DNA from: Paraphysomonas bandaiensis
Taxonomy: Eukaryota; Protista; Chrysophyceae
Reading direction: 5' to 3'
Assembly (NCBI GenBank): GCA_965644295.1
Contig: CBFFRP010000044.1
Location: 6,120-70,119 of the forward strand
Length of the DNA stretch: 64,000 nt
Part shown: one piece after another, positions 37,874-50,070 of the stretch
Layout of the letters: each line of letters opens with the position of its first letter
Position numbering within the stretch: the first letter of the stretch is position 1
Program-made: the position numbers and the translations under genes
Notes under the pieces: model-generated
What the model was told of the DNA's origin: nothing
The model's input: the letters and a program-made list of their open reading frames with translations, nothing else
Databases searched by the model: none

Positions 37874-39372
37874 ATGACATTAAATAACATTATTAATATA
37901 TTTGATTATATTAAACAATTATCAAATGATCACATTGCATTATTATACGGTCAATCAAATACTAATATACAATTCACACAATGGGTATGTAGAGCAATCT
38001 TTCAATCACTTACATCATTATCACGTACATATATTATGCGTATAATCTTTATTGATCATGAAATATCAATTGATCTATTAACAAAATGGTGTCATGAGAA
38101 TGAACTTACAATACATCAGAATGCTATGAATGAATTACAATTAATGAGAATATTAATACCATCGAAAAATCCAAATTATTTTATTATGCATGAAGGATTT
38201 AGAAAAAGTTTAAGATGTAGTTTAACAAATGTTTCGAAACCATGGAATGCAGTGAGTGATGTCAAAGGCGAGAATGTTGAGGCTTTGGATGCAGCTTCCT
38301 TAGATGATATGTGCATTCGCAAGTGGAACGATATATTGGAGTATTTAGTTACCTCTAATCCAGCCTTGAATATTTCATCGACTGTGGAGAATTTCCTCAT
38401 TCAGGCAGGACTAATGCAGGTTGCGAGTGATGAGGTTGTCCTATCTGGACCACGAAAGGGGCGACCCAAGACTGTGTGCATTACATCGAAGGGGTACGAG
38501 TATATGTTAATGGATATACAGAGTCAGGTGCTGTGTTTCTATTTGTGTGCTGTTGTCACTTTTATACGCTTTTCCTGTAGGTGTGGATGTTTGCTTTTGA
38601 ATGTTTGAAACGATCAGGATCACGACAGGCAGAAGTACTGTCGTTCCTGTTGACTCTCTCATATTGTGAGGTTGGGATGAGGTATCCGACTTCATCTCTG
38701 ACCCCCATCCAACGGCAACTAATGATTGAATTTTCTCACCTGGGGATACTTTATCAGAATCCGAAGGATTCCTCTGGGTTCTATCCTACAAGGATTGCTA
38801 TTAGCATGGTTTTCCGCAACGCTGCCCGAGGAGTAGCCCAAGGTCGCACTCAGATCGCCTCGGGTGGAAGTATCACTGGCCTCTCTGTCATTGTAGAGAC
38901 TAACTTTCAGGTCGTTGCGTATGTAACATCCGACTTGCACTTGGCGATGTTGAGTCTATTTGTTGATACGAGGGGCATGATTCGCATGCCCAATATGGCC
39001 CTCGGCATAATCACAAGAGATAGTGTAAAGTCTGCGCTGAAAATGGGAATTTCTGCCAAGCAAATCATCGGCTTCCTTACACTTCATGCCCACCCTCGAG
39101 TGGCTAATAAAACTCAAATTGTCCCCGAAAATGTGGCGGATCAGCTGCTCCTCTGGGAGGCAGAAAAGCATAGGTTACACACCCAGGAGGCGGTGTATCT
39201 AAATTTGTCTCTTGTAGTTGCTGGAAAAGATCTAGAGATCATGTACACTAAAATTCTCGCCTATGCAGAAGAGATAGGCGTGTGCTTGTTTGCGAATGAG
39301 AACAAAAAGTGCTTAGTCGTGACACCCGAAGGTTATAGACAACTACAGGCGTATGCTTCGTCTATTGCGTGA
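37874..39372 (+). CDS. GTF2H4: TFIIH subunit 4 (p52/Tfb2); intron ~38528-38580
   Basis: CRAIFQSL, ITSKGYEYML.DIQSQVW, FYPTR, IVETNFQVVAY, ITRDSV..AL..GISAKQII.FL..HAHP, VPENVADQLLLWEAE..R. Confidence 0.93.
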
Positions 39373-39902
39373 GAACGTAGATTTTGGATATAGTAGAATA
39401 GTTTTCATGTTCCTATCAGTATGAGCAACTCACTGATAAATAGTACAATGCAAATTTTAAATCAATTCTTATTACACTTTAGTAATATTTACCTTAAAAA
39501 AGGACATGCATGTTTATACTTTTAGGATAATGAACCCGTTGGGGACCACCGACATATCTCAAAAATGAACGAAACTAAAAGAAATCAAAATAAACTCGCT
39601 TTGCTTAAAGAGAAATTCAAAGCGTGGTTAGAAATAGTGAACAACCAGACATTGCCTATTGGCCGGATCGCTTTAGGCAGCAAGCGCTTATTAGTAATAT
39701 TTATCAATATGCTGGTGCATCAGTTTGCTATCACATTGAGCATATCACGCTCCATACAATAGTAAATAGTATTCCGTATTCCACCATAGTAGTCAATGCT
39801 TTTCACCAACAATTCCTAATCTGCTGATAATTTGAAGGTACTAAGTTCTTTTGTGTATTTAATCGTGTACTTCTCAATGAAAAGAATGGAAAGTGAAATT
39901 AG

Positions 39903-41874
39903 ATTCATTTACTGTAGTTAATGTACCTTTGAAAACATCGATGAAGTCTTACTCTCTGGGGGTCTATCAGCATCACTTATTTAACTATGAATTATAAGGC
40001 ACAAGTATGACAACAACACGCTACAACCTCTTACACACCACTCTACACACTGAAAACAATTGGTTTGGAAACCAAATCGCACCTTGAAAGGATTTGCAGT
40101 TTGCTTGATGCATCAAAGCTGAAACATTCTGACTGTACAAGATACTTGCTCCGAAATATTAGTGGCTTGGAGGAAGGAAAGCATATAAACAAGCATTCCA
40201 CAAGTAATCTGATGTAATATAAAAGACACTTTATGCAATTTAGCATATCTATCTAATTAGTTATGGATTCTTGGAGTCAGTCCTCCGAAGAAGATGCTCC
40301 TGACTGCCGATACGGTTGTTGACAGACGGACACATCGACAGATCTTTCAAGTTCTTTGGAAAAGCGGCCGTATTTGTTATTTTTAGAAGAAAATACTGGC
40401 GATTTTGAGGAGTTGACGAATATCCCTATTTTTACGCTGCCAAAAAAGGGGGGTTTGAGTGGAACGAAATTGATGCTTCGGGGACAGCGCCGTCCCTCAA
40501 TTCTAGAATTAATACTGCCACCCCGTCCCTGAGGGACGGGCAACACGACGACCTCAGTTTTTAGGTCCGTAAAACCCCTATTTTTATATGTGAGATGATG
40601 TGTACATGATTTGAGTGTGTTTGTACTGCTGTACATAAGAGTATGTGTACTGCTGCATGTAATATAGCAGTACTCAGCAGAGGCCACTCATATGCTGTAG
40701 TATGATGTACGTATATATAGTCGTGTTGTGGTTTGCGTTGCTTCGGTTAGCATCCACTGATCGAAATGAGGAATCAAGCTTCAAACAGATTGCAGTTGTT
40801 CTCATCTTTGAGATGAATGTTTGGAATATAATGGAGGGTATAGTAGACCACACCTTCCTCACAGTCCCTCATACTGCATCAGATATAAGATACTTGGAGC
40901 TCTTATGAAGCCGGACTTATTCACTCGACCCATGTATACATCCCATTTGAGATGAGAATTGCATGTCTATGTACATAGTAGTGTATAATAAGCTATGTGT
41001 TTATACGCAGACGAGCTGTTAGCACACTGTCATGTCCCAGTGAAGTTTGTCATTATGTGTGAAGTCAAAACGCCCTCGAGCAAATCGTAAAGGGGCATTC
41101 CTGGTACAGTCCTCTAAGAAACGGTGTGGGTTGCGAGGGTACTGTGTGTACCCCGCTCGTACACTTCTCCGGTTTTAAGCACTTTCACATAGTGCTTGCA
41201 GGCTATGTGCATAATGCACTCCCGCACCACACCGTTTCTTAGAGGACTGTACCAGGAATGCCCCTTCACGATTTGCTCAAGGGTGTTTTTCAGAGATGGA
41301 CAATTTCGTTCCACTCAAACCCTCTTATTTTCTTTGGTGGAGTAAAAATAGGGATATTCGTCAACTCCTCAAAATCACCACCGTCAACGAAATCGCCAGT
41401 ATCTTCGTCTGAAGATAACAAATACGGCCGCTTTTCCAAAGAACTTGAAAGATCTGTCGATGTGTCCGTCTGTCAACAACCGTATCAGCAGTCAGCATCT
41501 TCTTCTGAGGACTGACTCCAAGAATCCATAACTAATTAGATAGATATACTAAATTGCATAAAGTGTCTTTTATATTACATCAGATTACTTGTGGAATGCT
41601 TGTTTATATGCTTTCCTTCCTCCAAGCCACTAATATTTCGGAGCAAGTATCTTGTACAGTCAGAATGTTTCAGCTTTGATGCATCAAGCAAACTGCAAAT
41701 CCTTTCAAGGTGCGATTTGGTTTCCAAACCAGTTGTTTTCAGTGTGTAGAGTGGTGTGTAAGAGGTTGTAGCGTGTTGTTGTCATACTTGTGCCTTATAA
41801 TTCATAGTTAAATAAGTGATGCTGATAGACCCCCAGAGAGTAAGACTTCATCGATGTTTTCAAAGGTAAATGAA
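39903..41874. repeat. Large inverted repeat: ~570-bp arms (39903-40472 and 41301-41874) around an ~830-bp spacer
   Basis: Arms are near-identical reverse complements with a few indels. Confidence 0.93.
41067..41289. repeat. Nested 63-bp inverted repeat enclosing three short hairpins
   Basis: 41067-41129 versus 41227-41289, 3 mismatches. Confidence 0.93.
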
Positions 41875-41892
41875 GGACGTGCATGAAGATTG

Positions 41893-42157
41893 TGTTGAGA
41901 GAAAGAATGGTCTACCAGCCTACTTCAGCATTGGAGAGATCGATGGAGTCCTGCTTATGCTGCTATATACCGCTCTTTAGCTTTGTTTTGACCTGATGTA
42001 TGTTGCATTGGTTCTACGTCACCTGCTATGACCTCATGCTTCTGTAATGCGTAGCTATATGCCTGTGATGTGTAGCTATAGGCCTGTAATGCGTAGCTAT
42101 ATGCGAGTACAATTCATGACTAGGTTTAATACTATAATTGACTAGGTTGAATAATAT
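41893..42157 (-). mobile_element. Probable 3' LTR of the adjacent copia remnant, containing a 3x21-bp tandem repeat (42042-42104)
   Basis: On the minus strand: purine-rich agtggaga upstream, TATA-like gtatatagca, and an ...tctcaaca end. Confidence 0.4.
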
Positions 42158-42563
42158 ATCTCCACTGAATTAATGATAATTTAACTGCAGAGATGCCATG
42201 ATGTGAGACCATCCTTCTAGTCCAGCATCATATAATGAATAAAACTTTTTTTTAAATGGTAGAAACTCCGTGTAACTCAAACTAGCCACCTAGGTCGCTT
42301 GTGGCTTGATAATTGTGATTATTAGAATATGGATCTTATTCTAGTATATTCAGTATGTCACTTGAAGACAATGTAAGAGAATACAGTGAAATATAGTGAT
42401 GTACAAATGCTGTGATGATATTGAGAAACTGAAATAGTTTGATCTTTCAAGATATGTTCAGTAACGAGAGGTTCGCATATGTAGGATATTATGCAGGGAT
42501 TATAATGAGTTAGTGTTGGTTATCACAACTTTGTGTAAACGATATTAATAAATCTATCTAGTC

Positions 42564-43165
42564 TTACGACAAATTCTCTCTGTGATCTAGCTTAAAATGA
42601 GCAATTATCAATAGTGATTTGGGTGTCTCAGAGGTTGTTGATCGCTTTCTGTTGTTGCTGGATGGGATATCGAACCAAGGTCCTCCCATCAATGTAGTTC
42701 GCAATGTGAGAAAGTTAGGTGCTCCCAGTGGTTTCGTAAGGAGGTCGGCTAACAGTGACTTGGTGGGCATATGATCAACAGTCAATAGATTCTCGGCAAT
42801 ATGTTCTCGAATGAAGTGATATCGGATCGCGATATGTTTTGTACGTCGATGATGAGTAGGATTGTAACATAATTGGACTGCACCTTTATTATCGCACCAA
42901 ATAGTTGTTGAGAATGGGAGTTTGAAGCCAATTTCTGATAATAAAGAGCGTAGCCATAAAGCTTCCTGAGCTGCTGATGATAAAGCCATATACTCAGCTT
43001 CGGTAGATGACAATGCCACTGTTGTCTGTAATCGAGATTGCCATGATATAAGACAATTACCTATGAAGAATGTAAAAGCTGTAGTGGACCGTCGAGTGAG
43101 GTGACATCGTGCCCAATCGCTATCGCAGTATCCTGATAATGTTATGTGGGATCCATATGGTATAC
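42564..43165 (-). mobile_element. Ty1/copia pol RNase H domain remnant (5'-truncated)
   Basis: GYCDSDWA..RRSTT, ISWQSRLQTTVALSSTEAEYMA, WCDNKGA, HRRTKHIAIRYHFIRE, LADLLTKPL. Confidence 0.95.
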
Positions 43166-43574
43166 GTATATGCATATGTGTACATGTTCGTGATTAATGC
43201 TCTATCGTATGCACTCCTATATACTACGAATAGAACGTTCTTTATTGACTCATGCTCTTGCTGCAGCGTTGGCTGTCTACACCACTCTCAACGTAATCTC
43301 TGTTAATTGCGATTGACATTGCACTATATTCATTCGTACATTTTTATTAAATATGAGATATGTAGACATAAAATACTTAGCTGTAGGATAATCATCGTTA
43401 CCCTTTGAAAAATAACACATACACGAATATTAAGAATACTTCAAAATATGACTACAACATGACTTGAAGCTAAGCAATATTTCCAAAAGCCATAATTGGC
43501 CAGTGCTATTGTTTGATGAAAGCACAAAGGATGTCACACGAAATATTCTGCACAACCTTTAGCATATCTTGCAA

Positions 43575-44606
43575 CTACATTACTACGCATGAAAACATTT
43601 TACAGTACACTGGTTCAGAAGACAACGACCTGTCATTGCTCACTGAAGTGACACTAGCGGCTCGGCTCGTCTGTCTACTTGACCGTGCCGAAGATAAGTA
43701 CCTTTCTTCTATTAGCCCTCCGTTGCAGCCCAAGTCGCTAAGCAATAACGTGCTCCGATTATGGGTCGACTCCTCTGCCTCGTGCGAAATAAGCTGCTCC
43801 ATAAAACTTCTATTGGGGTGAATTTCTGGTCTCCTGGCAATGACATATTTATACGCTTGCCGAAGGGTCCAACCAAAATGCTCTTGAACGAAAGCTATGA
43901 CCAACGATGCGGAACGAGAGATTCCAGCCTGACAATGTACTAGGACTCGTCCGTTCTCCCCGAAGGCATGCTCGATAAAGTCATTTACTGGACGGAAAAA
44001 GTGGGACACATCTTCTGATTCGTCGTCTGTAATTTCTACGTTAAAATAACGAATCTTATCAGAAAATCTGTTGTCCTTCGACTTTACTGCTGCCACTATG
44101 TGAGTAATTCCAAGACTGTCCAATAGAACATCATCACGTGCTTGCTGAATATTACCCAACCATAAAAAATTTTCAACAATTTCTGACGGGTAACGAAATT
44201 TTTTGAGATCAGAATCAGGGTTTGAGGTAAAGACCAGAGGATATCGTATCTTAAAATGAGGAATACTTACAAATTGAGGACGAAATGGAAGATTTTCTTG
44301 AATTAATACAGAATATACAAACTGTATCCATGAATCTTCATATGTATTACCAGCTATAACTAAATGTAGATGTGATATCCATGAAAATCTTTCACGTTGA
44401 TGTTCTATAATACAATTATCAGATATCCATTGTATAGATGATATCCATGTCTTTGTATGTGGTGGTGAACATGTTATAGATTCTCTTATACAATTATTAT
44501 AATATTCTTCATGATTTCTACAATCAATGACTATATAATCACCATATGGTAGCATGTTACATAATAATGTATAGTTTATATGAGGGATATGATAAGGAGA
44601 TGACAT
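43575..44606 (-). CDS. Dual-specificity phosphatase with an N-terminal rhodanese-like domain (MKP-like) and a C-terminal CaaX
   Basis: VIDCR...Y; PSEIVENFLWLGN; VLVHCQAGISRSAS; IHPNRSFMEQL; ends CVVM. Confidence 0.92.
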   Translation of the reverse strand: MSSPYHIPHINYTLLCNMLPYGDYIVIDCRNHEEYYNNCIRESITCSPPHTKTWISSIQWISDNCIIEHQRERFSWISHLHLVIAGNTYEDSWIQFVYSVLIQENLPFRPQFVSIPHFKIRYPLVFTSNPDSDLKKFRYPSEIVENFLWLGNIQQARDDVLLDSLGITHIVAAVKSKDNRFSDKIRYFNVEITDDESEDVSHFFRPVNDFIEHAFGENGRVLVHCQAGISRSASLVIAFVQEHFGWTLRQAYKYVIARRPEIHPNRSFMEQLISHEAEESTHNRSTLLLSDLGCNGGLIEERYLSSARSSRQTSRAASVTSVSNDRSLSSEPVYCKMFSCVVM

Positions 44607-44949
44607 GTAGAGATGAGAGTTATATAAGGGGAATAGAGAGCATTATGTTAATAGGGTGATAGATAGGAATATAGGGAGATGTATCATGTAGTTATTGATA
44701 TGATGGAGATGTGTGTGTGTATGATGGTATGGTATAGCAACACTCTATATATATATATATATGTACTGCTGTATATGTATATAGTATAGTAGCTACACTC
44801 GTATTGTATATGGTACAGCTGACACTGCCTGTGGTGTATTTATAGACATGTACAGCAGTACATTGATATAATATACTCAACGGCACACATATACACGGGT
44901 ACATAGGTACGTACCTACATATCTACCAAAAAAAAAATCAACAAAATTA

Positions 44950-45020
44950 TACGGCAGCGGGGAATCGAACCCCGGGCAGAAGAATGGGAACCTTCTATGT
45001 TACCACTACACCACTGCCGT
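44950..45020 (-). tRNA. tRNA-Gly (anticodon CCC)
   Basis: Minus strand acggcagtggtgtagtggtaacatagaaggttCCCattcttctgcccggggttcgattccccgctgccgt-a folds into a cloverleaf with A and B boxes. Confidence 0.9.
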
Positions 45021-45308
45021 TTGCTAATGCTGATAACGATGTCATTAATTTTATAATATAAATAAAATAATGTTTTCTAATCCTTTAAACTACAACATAT
45101 AACTTCAACTGCAAAGAAAAAAGAATATCTCAATATGTGTATATTCCATATACAACAGAACTATAATGGAACATACATACCTCTATATATATATATATAT
45201 ATATACTGACTGTATCTAACTAACTTAAGAACATAATCATCTAAGAACTCATATATACATACATACATATCTATATGACATCCAATCTAATCAATTATTT
45301 CAATAATA

Positions 45309-45768
45309 ATGAATAAGAAATTATTTCTATTAGTCCTTTATACTTTAACAATAACAACTGTATCATCAGGAGCCTTACGAGCCCATCAATATGGTATGTA
45401 TTCACAACTATATCATCTATTAGTAAGATAGATATATCAGACAACACGCCAAGTGATAGAAATGTTATTGTTACCCATTGGCCAGAATTGAAAGGTTGTC
45501 AGTGGCTTATATATACACACTCATTATCTAATGGAGATATATATACAGGTGTGCATTATGAAGATGCAAGAACAGCAATATTAAGTGACCGGCCAGAACT
45601 ACAAGTACTTGTTGTTCCACAAGTAAGTGATATATGTATAGTATTTTATAGGTGTAATAATCTATCTGGGTCTAGGATGCAATGGTGACTGCAGATTATC
45701 GAGAAGATCGTGTGCGTTTGTTTGTAAATGATGAAGGGATAACAGTTCGCACTCCACACATTGGTTAA
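45309..45768 (+). CDS. Secreted potato inhibitor I family (I13) serine protease inhibitor, 4 exons; not recovered by the ORF track
   Basis: Signal peptide MNKKLFLLVLYTLTITTVSS, then HWPELKG|VHYEDARTAILSDRPELQVLVVPQ|DAMVTADYREDRVRLFVNDEGITVRTPHIG*. Confidence 0.9.
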
Positions 45769-46831
45769 TTTGATGACTGTAAATGTCTGCGGTTAAGGTT
45801 GTGGATAAAACGGTCGACATCAGTTTGCCACGCTACTTCATTGATGTCGGACTAATCTCTCGTGAAGTGGATGAATTCTAATGAATATATATTATTGTAC
45901 TGTGCGTGGTGGTATATACTGACTAGAATATACTTTTATAGCCACTTGAAATAATATTTGATGTATACATACAAATCTATTAAATATAAATAACGCTGTT
46001 GTACATATCTATAGTTCTTAGTATCTACCAACTACTAATCATAGAGATTGAAGAGTTAAGGTTGTGTGACAGAAATATATAATATCACCGCAGTAGAGGC
46101 CTGTGTCTTTGCTGCTATTGTGGTCAATTGCGGAAAGTCGAAGTTTTTTGTTTGATTGTGATGCCTTCCATATATCACATGTTACCATGATGTATGATGT
46201 TCTATAGTAGTGAATTACTATAGGAAATAGGAACCAATCTATATGTTAATGTGATTAAAATAACTAGCACTTCCAATCATTTTCATAAGACCTTAGATAT
46301 AAATGCTAACAATCGATGTGCACTACATAATCGACGAATTATAAAAGGACTAGGTTTTCACGTTTTCACCACTTGTCTAGGTTCTTACATCGATTTTGGT
46401 GTGACTAGATCCATACAATATCCAAAAACAAAAAGCGGAAACGGCATGGAATAACCTACGGCTACTACAAAAGCATGGATGACCAGTTGCAATGCTATCC
46501 TTTATCTGAGAAAGTAAATATAGTAGCGCAAGATGAATAGAAGAAACTAGAAGAAAATTATTATTTTCGTCTAATCTCGTCGTCCTATATGTCCATTTAT
46601 ATACAGCACCTTGAACAATTCACAACCCCTGGAAGTCCAAGTTCGACTTCAAGTACTCAACGTTTGTATTTACAGATATATCTTTGCATCAGCCATCAAT
46701 CCTGAAGCAACCAATAAAAGAGTGGACGAAGTTACCCTCGTTCCGTCATGAATAACATTTTCGGCATAAGCGCATTTATGCCGACCAAAATATATAAAAT
46801 AATAATATAATGAGCACAAAGGCATGGCACT

Positions 46832-47672
46832 CTACATCGTCGGGAGATTACGAATTGCTTTCGGATTGTGTGTGTCATCCCTACGCCTGCTCCCACTTGG
46901 ATTCGGGTACCCCAATGGATTTGCTCTAAATACCTCTCTCTCATGTATAGCCTTTTCGTATTCAGATTTTTTCTTGTCTATTACTCGCTGCACTTTCGCC
47001 TGTTTAACTTCATTTTCCAGACGAGTGTCGTCAGTCATATTCCGAAACTCAGCCATACGCTTCTTACGACGGCGTCGTATTTCACGTCGTCTTTGTCTCT
47101 CTTCTCTTGATGCACAGAAAAACGCTACAAACCAGAACCCCACCGGGGCAAGAAGAAAACAACCGAGGATAAATAGCCACGTCAATTTTGGCTATAAACA
47201 ATCTAATAATCACAAATACTTTCAATTGTTCGCAAAACTAACCTGGCTGGAGAAAGCTAAAAGAAAGTATTAGTTTACGATATATGACCAGTAACACACC
47301 TACCATCAGTTTCAGCTCTTGCAAAAAGAATCAAAAACACTCCCAATAAACCTGATGTCCAACTTGCTAGGGTAATTGAAACCTTATATTTCATAAACCG
47401 TGTATCTTCATCAATATCACCCATATAATTATCTAATTTATTAAACATTGCACCATATTCCAAATCGTCTACATAGGCTTTATATGGTATCTTATTACCT
47501 AATTACAAATTTATTATTAGAAATCATATATATATAATTAGTAGTATAGATTATTACCATCAGTCTCATCGTCTTCTAATACAGGAGGTTTAATAGATTT
47601 GATTGTCATGGGATGAACTTTAGTATTACTATTAACTATATATGATTTGGATTTATTTGTTGTAAATGACAT
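46832..47672 (-). CDS. Hypothetical small multi-exon membrane protein (2 TM plus basic coiled tail)
   Basis: ORFs 47275-47463 and 46832-47185 have TM segments, plus an upstream AT-rich exon. The 3' end is uncertain. Confidence 0.6.
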
Positions 47673-48060
47673 TAGTAACAGTTCAAAATATAATGAACTG
47701 TTATAAAATATTCAATTGATATGAATATATCATATATATATAGTGAATGAAGGCATAGATGTATATGTATATATATATGGTATGTTAACACTCAATGAAC
47801 TCAAGTCACTCTATACTGCTGCTGTCTATATATATATATGTGTGTACTGTACTGTATGTGTCGTTTCATATGTATGTATGGTATGTGTGTACCTGTAGGG
47901 AGAGTTTATGGAGTGTTTCAAAAAAAAATCAAAGAATATAGATTTCTAGGTGTCAAAAAAGTAGACATTTTCCAGTATTACTCACAAAATCTATAGATTC
48001 TATATACTGTGTGTGTATGTACACAGTATCTTATCATAAATATCTATGTGTACATACAGC

Positions 48061-48210
48061 ATGTCGGCAGTCAGCATCTTATGTTTCGGGAATAAATTGA
48101 AGCAAAATTCCTCAATATTACTGCAATACAAATACGGCTGGAATACAGATAATTGTTGTCTCAATATTAGAGGCATCTTTGAACAAAAATACAAAAAGGA
48201 TGTCGATACG
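48061..48210 (-). mobile_element. Family A MITE-like element, copy 5
   Basis: gtcggcagtcagcatcttatg...ggatgtcgatacg is the reverse complement of the family consensus. Confidence 0.85.
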
Positions 48211-49119
48211 TCTGTATATACACCGCTGCTAGATATCCATGTATGTATCATCTCTACAACTATCTGTATAGTCCATATCTTAATATACCATATATAACAA
48301 GAGTAGAAGACAGAATCACAAGAAACATTAACCCATACATCTATCATATCATCCCTTATATAGATATATACATACAGGTATGTATAGACTGCTCTGTATA
48401 TGTATGTACTAGACATGTACATCCACCTCATATACTCGACTATCTATTACATACATAGCCTTATATACTGCTACTCCTACTACCTGATATACATTGATAT
48501 ACAAGCAGCATGTATGTTGCCGTGCAGTCCCTATAGAGCCATAAAGCCATAGACCATCGAGCTATATGCAACACGGACTACTATATGGTTATATGGGTGT
48601 ATGGTTTGTGTAGAATATAGTTATAACATAATGTATTATAATAATCTAACCCTACTATTAAACTACTACATCTTCTTCTATACTGATTTGAGAGGGCATA
48701 ATATATCCAGAAAGTGTGATACTATTCATACTTCACCTTAATAACTACTGCAAGTAGCACGGAACAACATTATTCTTTTTTTGCCTGTACCAATTACTAC
48801 GAAACAACTATCTTCTTTTTATGTTACAAATACTATGTTCTCACTGTTGCTCTTCGTATTTTGATGTATTACCAGTTCACTATATATGTCCCTGTTAAGG
48901 ATGCCCTATATGAGATATTATGGGTATGATATACTATTATAAGTACATGCATGTGCTTACTTTCCAGTCCTGATGCTATGTAATTGGCGTAATTCTATGT
49001 CCAATCTGCAGCAAGTGAAAGTAAACTTTAAAGTGAAACTGTCAACTCATAGATCAAAGCCATTCTACGTGAGAAGAAGCAGTGGTTGACCTTTTGATAA
49101 TCAAATTAAATAAATGCAT

Positions 49120-50070
49120 CCCCATTTTTTGTCTCAAAAAAATCTTTATATTGCCTTGAATTGGGCTCAACAGATCGCTCATATTAGCACCGGGCAAATA
49201 TAGACACTCAACTTCAAAATTCGGTACAACAGAAGCTCACTTCTATCTTACTTATGCAGCATACAGACAGAAGAATATCAACAGTGCAGACCATAGATAC
49301 GAAGTAGTGATTATCTATAGGATCCATCAACTGCTGTGTGACTGTCATATGTATGTGATTTCATTATATTACTCAATTAGAGAGAAACCACAGTCATGAG
49401 TTAACTATACAAAGCTGGTCATAAAACATTCCAAGTTATATTCTATCCTTTGTCTCCTGTAGAAGATCACAATGATGTCAGTGCAAGCGATGTACCTTCA
49501 TAGCCAATACTTTGAAACAACTTCAAGAACATTACAGGAGAGTTTAAGTGCCATATCTGATGCTGTATAGGTGGTTAAGGGTAGTGGAATTCAGTTATTT
49601 TAGGGTTTGGGTCATATTGTGCTTATCAGGATATTATGTGCCTTATATCATACACTGAGGTGCACTAGCAGGAGTTAAGCGTATTGTATATAAATGTTAT
49701 GAAGATGCTAATTAAGGCAATAAGAAGCCTTTCGTGCGATTACAAATGTTCACATTCAACTTCACACTTATGTACGAATTTCAACACCTCGCAGTTGCTA
49801 TTCCCTCAGTATTCTTCTGTAGTAAGAGTACATTTGTTGTATATATTATAAATAGAAATTAGGGGGGTTATTGTTTGAGTTGACATACAGTGCAATTGCT
49901 ATTTCTTAAGCATACACAGTAACATACCATTGATTTGAAACAATATGACTTCTCATTTGCTTTCTAAATGTTACTCAGGAAACGTTAATTTCTTCTTACA
50001 GCAAACAAGAATACTAATAGCTATACAATCTAATATTACGTTTTCAACATCAGGATAAGCTACAATTAAC
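49120..50070 (-). repeat. ~1-kb dispersed repeat (family B), second copy
   Basis: Reverse-complement colinear with 8897-9842. Confidence 0.85.

Noticed and set aside
40277-41515. Paired ORFs ending ...SASSSED in the inverted-repeat arms as real genes
   Set aside because: Their similarity simply follows from the DNA repeat; the N-termini are unrelated and no domain is recognisable.
48000-48431. Family A repeat as a protein-coding exon (LYCSNIE.FCFNLFPK.KMLTAD in several ORFs)
   Set aside because: Other copies have stops and indels in this frame, and the TIRs explain the unit better.
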